A DNA stretch of 49,754 nt from an uncultured cyanobacterium (GCA_963766075.1 CAVYAN010000011.1:1-49754), one strand, 5' to 3'; shown: positions 1 to 9,413, counted from the stretch's first letter. Numbers and translations: made by a program. Notes: generated by a model not told the origin, from the letters alone.

Positions 1-1148
1 TGTCATCCTTTTAGGGAGAATAATCCATTAAGGTAAGCCGTACGGTGGGCTAAGACTTGTGGCACATTTTCAGCGTCCCACTGTGCTCCAGATATTTGCA
101 CCCGACGGTTAATTTGCTTAATCGCCGACTCAACGGCTCCAGAACCAATAGAACAGATGCCCTCAGCTTGATAGTAAGCATAGTTGACAATCCGGTGGCG
201 ATGCTTTTCGAGATAGGTGCAGAAGTTGTACGCCTGTTTCCGCTTCATATCCTTGAAGAGCGCCATCGTCTCATCCACCTGACCTTTCCATAAGTAGGCT
301 TCTGCTTGACGCAGGCGTTTGAGCGAACCACCGACTTTTTGTAAGTTTTCGTTGAGATGATACCAGTCTAAAATCTCCCGCCGTTGTTCGGGAGTTGCAA
401 TTGCCGCAATCAGGTTCCAAACACCGTCATGACCATCGCCCAAACAAGTGATAGGTGTACTTAAAGGTTGGCTATTCACCCAATCGATTAAGGGTTGATT
501 TTGATGCAGATTAGCCACCACACCCTGGTCGGTCGCAATCGCTTTGTAGTCGCGCCAGATGCAGAGGTCGCCCACAGGAGTCCGTAATCGCACCTTACCC
601 CCGTCAACACAGGCTTCCGTGATGGGTTGGAGGACCACTGGGGCGGGGAAATCGGTCGTTTGGACCAACCGCTGTTGCGTGTTGTCACTCACCACCATGC
701 CTGTGAGCAGCGCTACATCGGATTCTGCATTGGCATAGCTCACATTCGCACTAACGCGCAAGCAGCATAATTCTAAATACGGGCTGATTTGCTTGCCTGC
801 AGCCACACCTAAGGCTTGACCTTGTTTCTCGCTCAAGGGGAGGCGACCTAAAATACTTTTTAGGGTGCGGATGTATCCGGCGTTTGTACCTGTAATTGCT
901 GTGATAAAAAAACACCGACTTGGGGACCCACATGTTCCTGAAGTTGCGCGCGAATCCCGGCCTCAATCTGTCCCAGATTTGTCATCTGACTTTTATCTGC
1001 GTCGGCATACAAAATCTTGGCAATGGCTTGCACGTGCTCATCAATCTGAGCTTTTTCGGCTGGGGTCATGGATATACACTCCCTAAGTCAGGCTCAAACC
1101 CTGATTATACAAGACTTATTTTTCTACCCAAAAGGGTGACATGCTCCC
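1..1148 (-). mobile_element. ISKra4-family insertion sequence (one terminal IR cut by the window edge)
   Basis: The minus strand from 1148 reads GGGAGCATGTCACCCTTTTGGGTAGAAAAAT. Plus positions 1-24 read TGTCATCCTTTTAGGGAGAATAAT, a 20/24 match to the IR after its first 7 nt. The IRs enclose a DDE transposase. Confidence 0.9.
3..1069 (-). CDS. ISKra4-family transposase, two ORFs joined by a -1 frameshift
   Basis: Motifs CVDGGKVRLRT, LGDGHDGVWN, LDWYHLNENL and IGSGAVESAIKQI. ORF 860-1069 joins the 3-836 frame at a T7 run (plus A run 906-912), giving ...GVFFITAITGTNAGYIRTLKSILGRLPLSEKQ. Confidence 0.88.
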
Positions 1149-1533
1149 AATGCAGTTTCTTTATTACGCTCCAAACTTCTACATGATTGTTAGATGGAGT
1201 ATAAAACCCATTTCTTGATGGAACTGACTTATAAATAGGGTAATCATAGTTATCCCATCGCCACTCTTCAGCGTTGTCTAGAAAAACACTCAATTCTTGT
1301 GATGTGTCTAGCAGTTCTTGGTCTAAAGCAAGCCAAACACCATCTTTATGAATCGTAAATACAATCAAACTTCCTACTAGAAGTCGAACTTTGCCAGTTT
1401 CATAGTAAGCACCCCATTTATCACTTCCAAAGGAGTTGGCATAGCCTGCTGATTCACCAAAAATCTCAAGACATGATCTTCTTACTATCGTGTCAGGCAG
1501 CAGAGAATATATCACTTGTCTTGCTTCATCCAT
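1149..1533 (-). pseudogene. AT-rich unknown ORF (probable integron gene cassette), truncated at the 3' end by the IS
   Basis: The ORF starts about 55 nt after an attC R' box. Its reading frame runs into the IS end at 1148, so the final residues EHVTLLGRKISLV are IS-derived. Confidence 0.7.
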
Positions 1534-1586
1534 ATTTTCATCTCACCGATAATCTCTCGGCTGCGCCCCAACCAATAACCGAAGCC

Positions 1587-1670
1587 GTATAACGATCGAG
1601 TTGAACCGCACCTCCGGCTAAGCGCCTCCGGGCGGTTAACGGGGTGTCGGTTCCAACAAGTTTGTTCTTC
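1587..1670 (-). other. attC-like integron recombination site (84 bp)
   Basis: Minus strand: GAAGAAC (R'') - AAACTT - GTTGGAACCGACAC (L'') ... GTGCGGTTCAAC (L') - TCGATC - GTTATAC (R'). L'' and L' pair with two extrahelical bases. Confidence 0.8.
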
Positions 1671-1720
1671 CGCAGTTTCCGAGATTTTATCACATAGCAC
1701 CAAACTTTTGTACTACTGCG

Positions 1721-1785
1721 GAGGAACAACTTATTACATAGACTTTTTTCTCGATAACGCACTCATCCGGACATTATCGAGAATT
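1721..1785 (-). other. Putative attI-like site preceding the first cassette
   Basis: Minus strand ...TTATCGAGAAAAAAGTCTATGTAATAAGTT-G/TTCCTCCGCAGT. The GTT-initiated segment is complementary to the R'' side of the downstream attC. An inverted repeat TTCTCGATAA/TTATCGAGAA lies at 1748-1783. Confidence 0.45.
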
Positions 1786-2212
1786 TTTTCTCATGATATC
1801 CCTACTGCCGGGGAATTATTGCGAAAGTTTACTAAATCCACATAATTTATCCGACGAATGCAATGTAGTCTATGCCACCAATGATTCAGAGTCGTACATT
1901 TAAATGGCCCTCTCATCACATTATTATTTGATCACCTGAATGAGAAATTACGTCGTTATCATGCCTCGTACAGCAAATGGTAGCGCGAACTTTCCCAACG
2001 AAAGGGATGCCCGATTCATTCCCAACGATCGAGATCGCCCACCCATTTAAAAACCGCAATGGGGCGATCGCCCCTCTCATCCATGCCAATCTGCAATTCT
2101 CTAGAGCCATGGGACAGCAAGGAAAAGAGTTAAGGCGCGATCGCAGCAACAGCAACTCTGGCCGGAGTCGCAGCCGAAGTCTAGAGTCGCAACCGAGGGC
2201 AGGCTGATTGGC

Positions 2213-3505
2213 CTATGATTCAGCGTCCGGGGCGAAGGTAAAGAAATCCACCTGTTCCGCCACCGACGACTCCACCAGCTCCGTTACCCCCAACGCCACC
2301 TGCTCGTGATACAGATAGGCCATATCCAACGCCTCCAGCGTGGCCCGAATGTGGGTCCGAATGGGCTGACTGCCAATGCTTTGTACCAGTTCCGCCAGAT
2401 TGAGTTCCGCCTGCCAGTCATAGGCAGTGCCATGCAGTTGCACCAAGCGATCCAGCAACTGAATCAGCGTCGCCGTTTCCAGCGGGCGAATGGTAGGACA
2501 GTGGGAACCCAAAGCCCGGTCAAAAAAGCCTTGCAGCACAGTTTCCGCTTTGTCTCCAAATTTCTCCTGCGCTAGAGCCGGGATTTGGCTGCGATCGCTT
2601 TTCACACTGGTCCCTCCCGTCCCCGCGAACCAGACATCATTCCGCAGGCTAGAAGCCACCACCCCAAAGGTATAAATCGGATAGGGATTATGGCTGAATA
2701 GCTCCTGCTGATCGGCGCGGTTGACCGAACCCTTGGTCCAATTCAGCAACCAATTTAGATTACGGTAAGCCTGCAATCTGCCGACTTTCCCCAGGCGGCC
2801 AATTAATTCCACCTCATCCAGCAGCAGCACCCAGCCCTTGTAGCCGCACAGGGCGATCGCATCCGCCATCACCCCAAAGTAAGCACTGCCATGTTCCGTA
2901 TTGCGAAAATTCGTATCGAATTTGGGTAAGGTTTCGCCTCGGCAATTGCGATGAATGCGCTTCAGTTCCGGACTGGTGAGGCGCGTGCCCAACAAATCCC
3001 CTGCCAGCAAGTCCTGCTCTTCGCCAGTGGTGTAGAAGTAATCTTCTAGGACGATTGCCGGTAGGGGGTGGCTGTAGCGATCGGGCTGATGGATCGCGCT
3101 GTGGAGCAGATCTCCTGCCTTTTTAGAACTAAACGCCTTCGTCAGCCCCGTCAGCTTCGAGTCCGGCGTCCGAATCACCGCTGCCACCCGACTGTAGAAA
3201 TTCATCAAGTGATGGCAAGACACTTCTCGACTCAGGGATACCCGACTCACCGCAAAGCCCATATCCAAGGCCACATGCTCTACCGTCGTCAGGGCATGGG
3301 TTTTGCCCTGTCCATACGGCCCCCAGGCTAACCGACCCATGGGCCGTTGCCCTTGGGCAAATTGGGTTAAATCCTGGCGAATCGTATCCGTCAGGGATTC
3401 CCGCAGATCCGGCAGTTCCCGTGTCGAAATCCGAGTGGGAATCCCCGCCCGGAGCGATTCGATCACCGTAATCGCTTTACGGCGTGGCGCATCATATCGT
3501 TCCAT
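2213..3505 (-). CDS. BREX BrxD/DUF2791-like P-loop ATPase (second copy, 430 aa)
   Basis: N-terminal IESLRAG, Walker A GPYGQGKT and Walker B VLLLDEVE. The ATG at 3505 overlaps the upstream stop (TAATG). Confidence 0.8.
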   Translation of the reverse strand: MERYDAPRRKAITVIESLRAGIPTRISTRELPDLRESLTDTIRQDLTQFAQGQRPMGRLAWGPYGQGKTHALTTVEHVALDMGFAVSRVSLSREVSCHHLMNFYSRVAAVIRTPDSKLTGLTKAFSSKKAGDLLHSAIHQPDRYSHPLPAIVLEDYFYTTGEEQDLLAGDLLGTRLTSPELKRIHRNCRGETLPKFDTNFRNTEHGSAYFGVMADAIALCGYKGWVLLLDEVELIGRLGKVGRLQAYRNLNWLLNWTKGSVNRADQQELFSHNPYPIYTFGVVASSLRNDVWFAGTGGTSVKSDRSQIPALAQEKFGDKAETVLQGFFDRALGSHCPTIRPLETATLIQLLDRLVQLHGTAYDWQAELNLAELVQSIGSQPIRTHIRATLEALDMAYLYHEQVALGVTELVESSVAEQVDFFTFAPDAES

Positions 3506-4686
3506 TAACCCGCCTCCAGTGCCATCAACGTCGTCCCAATCACCTGCGCCTGCAATTGGCTGTAGTCGCTCAGGTCGGGCAACTCCCGCGCCTGCATTGA
3601 ATAGCCCGCCGTCTGAAACAAGTGCTGCAACCGCTCCTGCACCTGCTTTGTAAAGCCCTTTCCCTGGGCGACGAGATGCATGTCGGTATCCACGATATTG
3701 CCTAGAGAATTGAAGCGATCGATCGGCAACAAGCCCGTTTGCAAGCGCATCCACAGTGCTTCATAGCTTTTAAAGCCCCGGCGATCGTCCTCAATCATTT
3801 CCCGCCGTCCTGCCAGCAGCAGTAGGAAATGATCCAGCAACTCCACATCGTCGATGACTTGGCGAATTAGTTCACAGGTGTCCTTGATGGCGTTTGCCGT
3901 ATAGCGATAACGGCGGGTTTCGGGATGACGTTCGGTCAGAACCTCTAAATCATCGATCGCCACCACCAAGCCTGTCATGCCCGCCAAATGCAACAGCCGA
4001 ATCAAGGAATTGAGCCAGTAGCGAGCATTGGTTTTTTGTAGCCGTTCAAACAGCAACGTCGCCTGCTTTTGGTGGCGCTCCAGTTTTTCCCCGGCCAGCC
4101 ACTTCAACGCAAGGCGGATGCCGTCTTCATTGCCCATAATCAGTCGATTACTAATCACACTGTAGGCAAAAGCCCGAAATGAAGCGCTAAAATCCGTATC
4201 CTTCAAGGTCAGGCCAATGTTGCGCTTGATCTCATGCACCGCCAAATCACGGGTAAGCCCCTGATCGGTCATCAACAAGGACAGGATATCGTTGGAATCG
4301 TCATATTGTCCATAGCCGAGCTTTTTGGCAACTTGGTGGCAGAGGCCCGTCACCAAGTTTTCCTTGTTCACTTGTTTGACAATCGCCCGGTACAGTCCCG
4401 GCAAATCATTCAGCCGATATTCGTGGGCAGACAAATCCACAATTTGATAATTCAACGCTTTGGCATCTTGTAAAGCGCAGCGGATCAAATGCGTCTTCCC
4501 CGTGCCGGGACCGCCCACCAACACTTTCACTTTGCTGCCCCCATCGGCAATATAGTTGGCCAGGTAGTGATCCCGCAGGTAATCCAGCCAGCGATCGCGC
4601 CCTTGGGTCATTTCCAGCAGCAGATCCGAGTGCACAGGGGGCTGGCCCGACAATAATGCCTCAATATCTAATTCATCTATGCGCAT
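3505..4686 (-). CDS. BREX BrxD/DUF2791-like P-loop ATPase (first copy, 393 aa)
   Basis: Motifs IEALLSG, GGSKVKVLVGGPGTGKTH (Walker A), GLVVAIDDLE (Walker B) and GFKSYEALWMRL. Confidence 0.82.
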   Translation of the reverse strand: MRIDELDIEALLSGQPPVHSDLLLEMTQGRDRWLDYLRDHYLANYIADGGSKVKVLVGGPGTGKTHLIRCALQDAKALNYQIVDLSAHEYRLNDLPGLYRAIVKQVNKENLVTGLCHQVAKKLGYGQYDDSNDILSLLMTDQGLTRDLAVHEIKRNIGLTLKDTDFSASFRAFAYSVISNRLIMGNEDGIRLALKWLAGEKLERHQKQATLLFERLQKTNARYWLNSLIRLLHLAGMTGLVVAIDDLEVLTERHPETRRYRYTANAIKDTCELIRQVIDDVELLDHFLLLLAGRREMIEDDRRGFKSYEALWMRLQTGLLPIDRFNSLGNIVDTDMHLVAQGKGFTKQVQERLQHLFQTAGYSMQARELPDLSDYSQLQAQVIGTTLMALEAG

Positions 4687-4692
4687 AGTCAA

Positions 4693-5496
4693 TCATCCAT
4701 CCCCTTCCACCCGATGAATCGCCAAGGTGCTCACCCGGCTTTCTTGCCCCTGACTGCTAATCAGGACAAAGCTGGGCAGATTGCGAGACGGTTGTAACTC
4801 AAACTGGTATTGATCGTACCGGATTTCTGGATGCTCCTTTAAGCGGGCCAGATCAAAGGTGAACAGCGGTTCCGGATAGTCCTGTTTCGCCACCTGCTTC
4901 AGCGTTAACAGACGATAAATATCCTTCAGGCCAATTGAATGCCCCCAGTTGACTTCATCCTGATGCATGGCAACCCGATTCAGGATCTCATAGGCACTCA
5001 GCAATTCCCGGCAAAATCGCATCGCGTCGAATTTACTGTCAATCACCTTTCGATACTGGCCGTTGACCCAGTGAGCAACCTGTTCCGCCGCAAAGGCTTT
5101 GGTTTGCTGAGATTTGCGCCCCATACTCAACCGCACGGTGTTCTGATCGAGGTTAAACGTCAATTTGAAGGGAGGAAATTCGTAGTTAGGAAACTCGCCC
5201 CGCCAGGGCACACCGACAGCGTGCAGCGCCGCTTCAATTTCCGGGGGATAGTCAGCAGACTGGACAAAGGCTTGATCGGCCTCTAGCCCTTGGCGGATCA
5301 ACTGGGAGTTTTCCTGCCAGCGATCGCCCAACTTCCCTAATTCATCATCGAGACTGTCGAGCACCTGGGCTGTCGTTTTCAAGTCCCAATCTTGGCGCGA
5401 TTTTTTGATCACCGCCCATAACTTCAGCGATCGCTTGAAGACACTATCCAGCTCGCTAATCGCTGATTTTTCCAACGCGTGATCGAACAGTTCCAT
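4693..5496 (-). CDS. Hypothetical protein, first gene of the ATPase operon
   Basis: 267-aa ORF with a helical-looking N-terminus, ending 6 nt before the next ATG. No family recognised. Confidence 0.8.
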   Translation of the reverse strand: MELFDHALEKSAISELDSVFKRSLKLWAVIKKSRQDWDLKTTAQVLDSLDDELGKLGDRWQENSQLIRQGLEADQAFVQSADYPPEIEAALHAVGVPWRGEFPNYEFPPFKLTFNLDQNTVRLSMGRKSQQTKAFAAEQVAHWVNGQYRKVIDSKFDAMRFCRELLSAYEILNRVAMHQDEVNWGHSIGLKDIYRLLTLKQVAKQDYPEPLFTFDLARLKEHPEIRYDQYQFELQPSRNLPSFVLISSQGQESRVSTLAIHRVEGDG

Positions 5497-5743
5497 GATG
5501 AGTTGCGATAGGAAATTTAATTTTTCCCATAGTATCCCAATTCATCAGCATAGATGAGTTTCCTGGGCAGGCCCTGCATTTCCTCCCACCAGGCACTTGC
5601 CACCCACAGATCACCTGTCCCGTGCCTAGGGAACCCGTAGCACCAAACCCGTTTCGCCCAAGTCCCCTAGAGCCAACCACAAAACAGGCCCGTTAAACCG
5701 TGGCGACTCATAAACTCTGAATATCTAAAATTCTGACCTCAGA

Positions 5744-5815
5744 AGGCGGCACCCAGATTCGAACTGGGGGATGAGGGTTTTGCAGACCCTTGCCTTACCA
5801 CTTGGCTATGCCGCC
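5744..5815 (-). tRNA. trnC: tRNA-Cys (GCA)
   Basis: GGCGGCATAGCCAAGTGGTAAGGCAAGGGTCTGCAAAACCCTCATCCCCCAGTTCGAATCTGGGTGCCGCCT forms a cloverleaf with a GCA anticodon. No encoded CCA. Confidence 0.97.
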
Positions 5816-6088
5816 GAACTAGACCAATCTAACTTAGTCCTGACTCAATTAGACCTCGAGTAGTTTAGCACTTTACCGGACCGGATAGTGAGGGGAACGC
5901 ACGAAACAGCGCCAAAGAAATTTCCGTCCCTGTTTTCGTCCCTAAAGTATTTTCGTCCCTAAAGTTATCCTCCCTCGATTTGCCATAACCCAATTCGCTA
6001 TAAATTGTGAGCTCTCCCTTTCTAATTTCACCATTGCCTGTACAATGCTGGATGATTATTGCTGTTCATCCCTAATGGGAGGATCCTC

Positions 6089-7708
6089 ATGTCGGAAAGC
6101 GACCTGCCTCGCAAGTTCCGTAACCGTCGCGCTAATGGATCCGTGGGGCTACCGCAGTCAGGTAAACAGCGGCCCTGGTGGCAGCGGGTGTTCGGCAAGC
6201 CTCCGCTCGCCAAACCTTTACAGGGAAAGCGGGGTGCCCCTCCGATCCAACCCCTGGGGCCCACCCTTCTCGATCCCCAGACGGCCTTGGATTCCCAGAC
6301 AGCCCTAGATCCCCAGTTAGCGTTTCAGCCCGGAAACACTGCCAGCCCCACGCAGCGTCAGGGACAACGGATTGAGCCATTGCGAGTGTCTGGCAATCCT
6401 GTAGCGCTGCCTCGCCAGCACCACCGCAGAAACAAAGGGTCAAGAGTTGGACAGCCCCACCCCCTTCTAGGGACGCCTCTGCCGTCAGGCGGATCTCGGC
6501 AGAAGGCGAATCAGACGGCGCAGCGATCGCCCGAACCACTCCCACGTCTGCCCAAACCCAACAGCCCCATGGCCGTAGTCAGGCTGAAGTCGAGATCCCC
6601 CGCCCCCCCCCATGGTAAAGGGCATCATAAAGGGTTGAGTCATCACGGAAAAGTGCGGCGTCCGCAGTCACCTCGGCTGAGGGCGATGGTCTACACCCTG
6701 CGGCTCCTCATTTTGAGCGTCGGAGTAGGAGTCCTAGCCGGAACCCTTCTGTCCGTCTGGGATCCCGCCAGTCGGCTAACCGCGAGCAATTCCCAGCAAA
6801 CCGTTCAGGCCAGTCCCAGTCCATCCGTAGGCTCCCTTGCAGAAATGACGACCCAAGGAACGGAAATCCAGCCCCTGAAGACAGCCATCCAAGACTTGGC
6901 CTTCAAAAACCCCCAGTTGGCCCCAGGAGTATTCCTCCTGGATTTGAATACAAATGGCTATGTGGATTTAAACGGAGGCACCCTCTTTTCAGCGGCCAGT
7001 ACGATTAAACTGCCCGTGCTCATTGCCTTTTTTCAGGATGTCGATCAGGGCAAAATTCGCCTGGATGAACCGTTAACTCTGTCGCCATCCGCGATCGCTA
7101 AGGAAGCCGGTGACTTGCAATATCAGCCCATCGGCACCCAAGTCAGCGCCCTAGAAACCGCCGTACGGATGATTACCGTCAGCGATAATACAGCCACCAA
7201 TATGTTGATTGAGCGATTAGGGGGCAAGGAAACCTTGACCACTCGGTTTAAGTCTTGGGGGTTGACAGCAACGGTTGTGCGCAATCTCTTAGCGGACGTC
7301 GCGGGCACGAATACCACCACCGCCCAGGAAATGGTATGGCTGTTGGCGCGCATTAATCGGGGGGATTTGATCTCGATGACTTCCCGAGATCGCATGATCG
7401 ATATCATGCGGCAAACTCAGTCCACCGGGCTCCTGCCCAGCGGTCTTGGCCCGGATGCAAAGATCGCGCACAAAACTGGCACCCTGGGGGTTTTGTTAGC
7501 AGATGTGGGCATCGTGGATTTACCCAACGGCAAGCGGTACGCGATCGCGGTCTTGGTCAAACGCCCCTTCCAGGATGAAACTGCCGCCCAACTGATTCGG
7601 CAAATTTCCAAAACCACCTACGACTATTTCAGCAAACCCCAGCCCTCGCCTAGCCCCTTGGGGTTTACGCCAGTCGCCCCAACGGCGGCTCCCGTGGGTG
7701 CACGATGA
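6089..7708 (+). CDS. Serine hydrolase, class A beta-lactamase-like, with long basic N-terminus and one TM helix
   Basis: Motifs SAASTIK (SxxK), SDN and HKTG. GGAGG RBS before the ATG at 6089. Confidence 0.88.
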   Translation: MSESDLPRKFRNRRANGSVGLPQSGKQRPWWQRVFGKPPLAKPLQGKRGAPPIQPLGPTLLDPQTALDSQTALDPQLAFQPGNTASPTQRQGQRIEPLRVSGNPVALPRQHHRRNKGSRVGQPHPLLGTPLPSGGSRQKANQTAQRSPEPLPRLPKPNSPMAVVRLKSRSPAPPHGKGHHKGLSHHGKVRRPQSPRLRAMVYTLRLLILSVGVGVLAGTLLSVWDPASRLTASNSQQTVQASPSPSVGSLAEMTTQGTEIQPLKTAIQDLAFKNPQLAPGVFLLDLNTNGYVDLNGGTLFSAASTIKLPVLIAFFQDVDQGKIRLDEPLTLSPSAIAKEAGDLQYQPIGTQVSALETAVRMITVSDNTATNMLIERLGGKETLTTRFKSWGLTATVVRNLLADVAGTNTTTAQEMVWLLARINRGDLISMTSRDRMIDIMRQTQSTGLLPSGLGPDAKIAHKTGTLGVLLADVGIVDLPNGKRYAIAVLVKRPFQDETAAQLIRQISKTTYDYFSKPQPSPSPLGFTPVAPTAAPVGAR

Positions 7709-7776
7709 AATTAACCGTGCAAAATTGAACGTGCAGAATTAAAACTGCAAAATTAAAACCGCAAAACTAAATCGCT

Positions 7777-8910
7777 ATGCTCCCTTTTATTCGTTCTGAT
7801 TTGGCGCACCTCCAAGCCTATGCGCCCCACACTGAGGCCAGTCTGGGGACCGCCACGCTGATTGACCCGCTGGATACCAACGAAAACCCCTACGACTTGC
7901 CCACGGCACTGAAGGAAAAGTTGGCTTGGACTTTTCAGCAGAGCCTCCAGTCCAATCGCTATCCTGATGGGGGCATGGCCCCGTTGAAAGCAGCGATCGC
8001 CGCCTACGTGAATGAATCTGCCGCTCTGTTGTCCCCCGTCGGTCTGCCCCACATCACGGTCGGCAACGGCTCCGATGAGCTGATTCGCTCCATCCTCATT
8101 GCCACCTGCCTTGGGGACGCTGGATCAATTCTTGTGGCCAATCCCACCTTTTCCATATACGGCATCCTGGCCCAAACCCTAGGCATTCCCGTGGTCACCG
8201 TGGGCCGTGGCAGCACGTTTGAAATGGATCTAGAGGCTGCCACCCACGCCATTACCCAGACCCAGACGCCTCCCATCCGCGTTGTCTTTGTGGTTCACCC
8301 CAACTCTCCCACTGGCAATGCTCTGACCTCGGCTGAAATTACCTGGCTGCAAGCCCTGCCCCCAGAGATTTTAGTGGTAGTAGACGAAGCCTACTTTGAA
8401 TTTAGTCAGACAACGGTGGTGGGAGAGTTGGCCCAGCGGCCCAACTGGCTCGTGATGCGCACCTTTTCTAAAGCGTTTCGGCTGGCTGCCCATCGTGTTG
8501 GCTACGCGATCGCCCATCCCGAAGTGATCACCGCCCTGGAAAAAGTTCGCCTACCCTATAATTTGCCCAGCTTTAGCCAAGCCGCCGCCCTCACAGCCCT
8601 GGCCCATCGCCAAGAACTGATGCAGGTGATTCCGGAAATCCTCGAGGAGCGATCGCGCCTCTACACGGCGCTGGCCCAGAATCCCGCCCTGCAAGTTTGG
8701 AGCAGTGCCGCCAACTTTCTCTACGTGCGGCTCCCTCAGGGCAATGTCGCCAATCCGGGTACCTCACTAGCCGAACTCTGCCAAACCCTCAAATCCCAAG
8801 GCACCCACATTCGGCATACCGGTGGCGGCCTCCGCATCACCATTGGCACCCCTGCCGAAAACACGCGGACCCTGCACCGCCTCCAAACCCTGCTGCCCCA
8901 GGTAATATAG
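7777..8910 (+). CDS. hisC: Histidinol-phosphate aminotransferase
   Basis: Motifs [29 protein letters not shown] and [16 protein letters not shown]. Confidence 0.93.
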   Translation: MLPFIRSDLAHLQAYAPHTEASLGTATLIDPLDTNENPYDLPTALKEKLAWTFQQSLQSNRYPDGGMAPLKAAIAAYVNESAALLSPVGLPHITVGNGSDELIRSILIATCLGDAGSILVANPTFSIYGILAQTLGIPVVTVGRGSTFEMDLEAATHAITQTQTPPIRVVFVVHPNSPTGNALTSAEITWLQALPPEILVVVDEAYFEFSQTTVVGELAQRPNWLVMRTFSKAFRLAAHRVGYAIAHPEVITALEKVRLPYNLPSFSQAAALTALAHRQELMQVIPEILEERSRLYTALAQNPALQVWSSAANFLYVRLPQGNVANPGTSLAELCQTLKSQGTHIRHTGGGLRITIGTPAENTRTLHRLQTLLPQVI

Positions 8911-8990
8911 CGCCGCTACGCCCGCCATCTCCCATGAATCACCGTCTGGAATGCCATCTCTATCGCGGTTAAAGTAGCCTCCGATCTCAA

Positions 8991-9413
8991 TCACGATCGG
9001 AGCAAGCGGATAGTCTGGGGCAAGACTCCCACCAATAGTGCAAACGCCTCGTCGGGCAACTCGGCGGCGGCCTCTGCCCCAAAGTAATTCTCAAACTGGT
9101 TCAAAATCATCTGTGCCCGTTCCTGGGACTTAGCCTTATCAGTAAACTGCTGCGTTAGCCGAATCCACTGCCGCCGAATCAAATACGCTTTTTGTCGCTC
9201 CTCCGCGTTTTCCGGAGCGCCGAGGTCCAAATTTCCTACAGGTAAAACGCTGGAGCAATCCTTATCGAAATAGCCGCCCACCGCCGCTCCCGGTCCAGCA
9301 AATTCCGCATGAAACTGCTTAAAAATAATTAACCCGTTGCGTCTGCGACTGTTCACGATCAGCAACTGACCCTTATGAAACTGGTTAATGATCGCTTCGT
9401 CACTCAGAGCCAT
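8991..9413 (-). CDS. Conserved cyanobacterial hypothetical protein (possibly Crp-like)
   Basis: RRRNGLI...HAEFAGPGAAVGG motif and C-terminal ALLVGVLPQTI. Start placed at MALSD. Confidence 0.7.
   Translation of the reverse strand: MALSDEAIINQFHKGQLLIVNSRRRNGLIIFKQFHAEFAGPGAAVGGYFDKDCSSVLPVGNLDLGAPENAEERQKAYLIRRQWIRLTQQFTDKAKSQERAQMILNQFENYFGAEAAAELPDEAFALLVGVLPQTIRLLRS

Noticed and set aside
1916..2207. Short ORFs as an integrase remnant
   Set aside because: No tyrosine-recombinase or IntI N-terminal motifs; low-complexity translations.
3506..3754. 83-aa N-terminal extension of the ORF-track 513-aa protein
   Set aside because: It overlaps the upstream ATPase. The coupled ATG at 3505 gives the family-typical start.
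2213..5496. Complete BREX system
   Set aside because: No pglZ, pglX, brxC, brxL or helicase is present; only BrxD-like ATPases.
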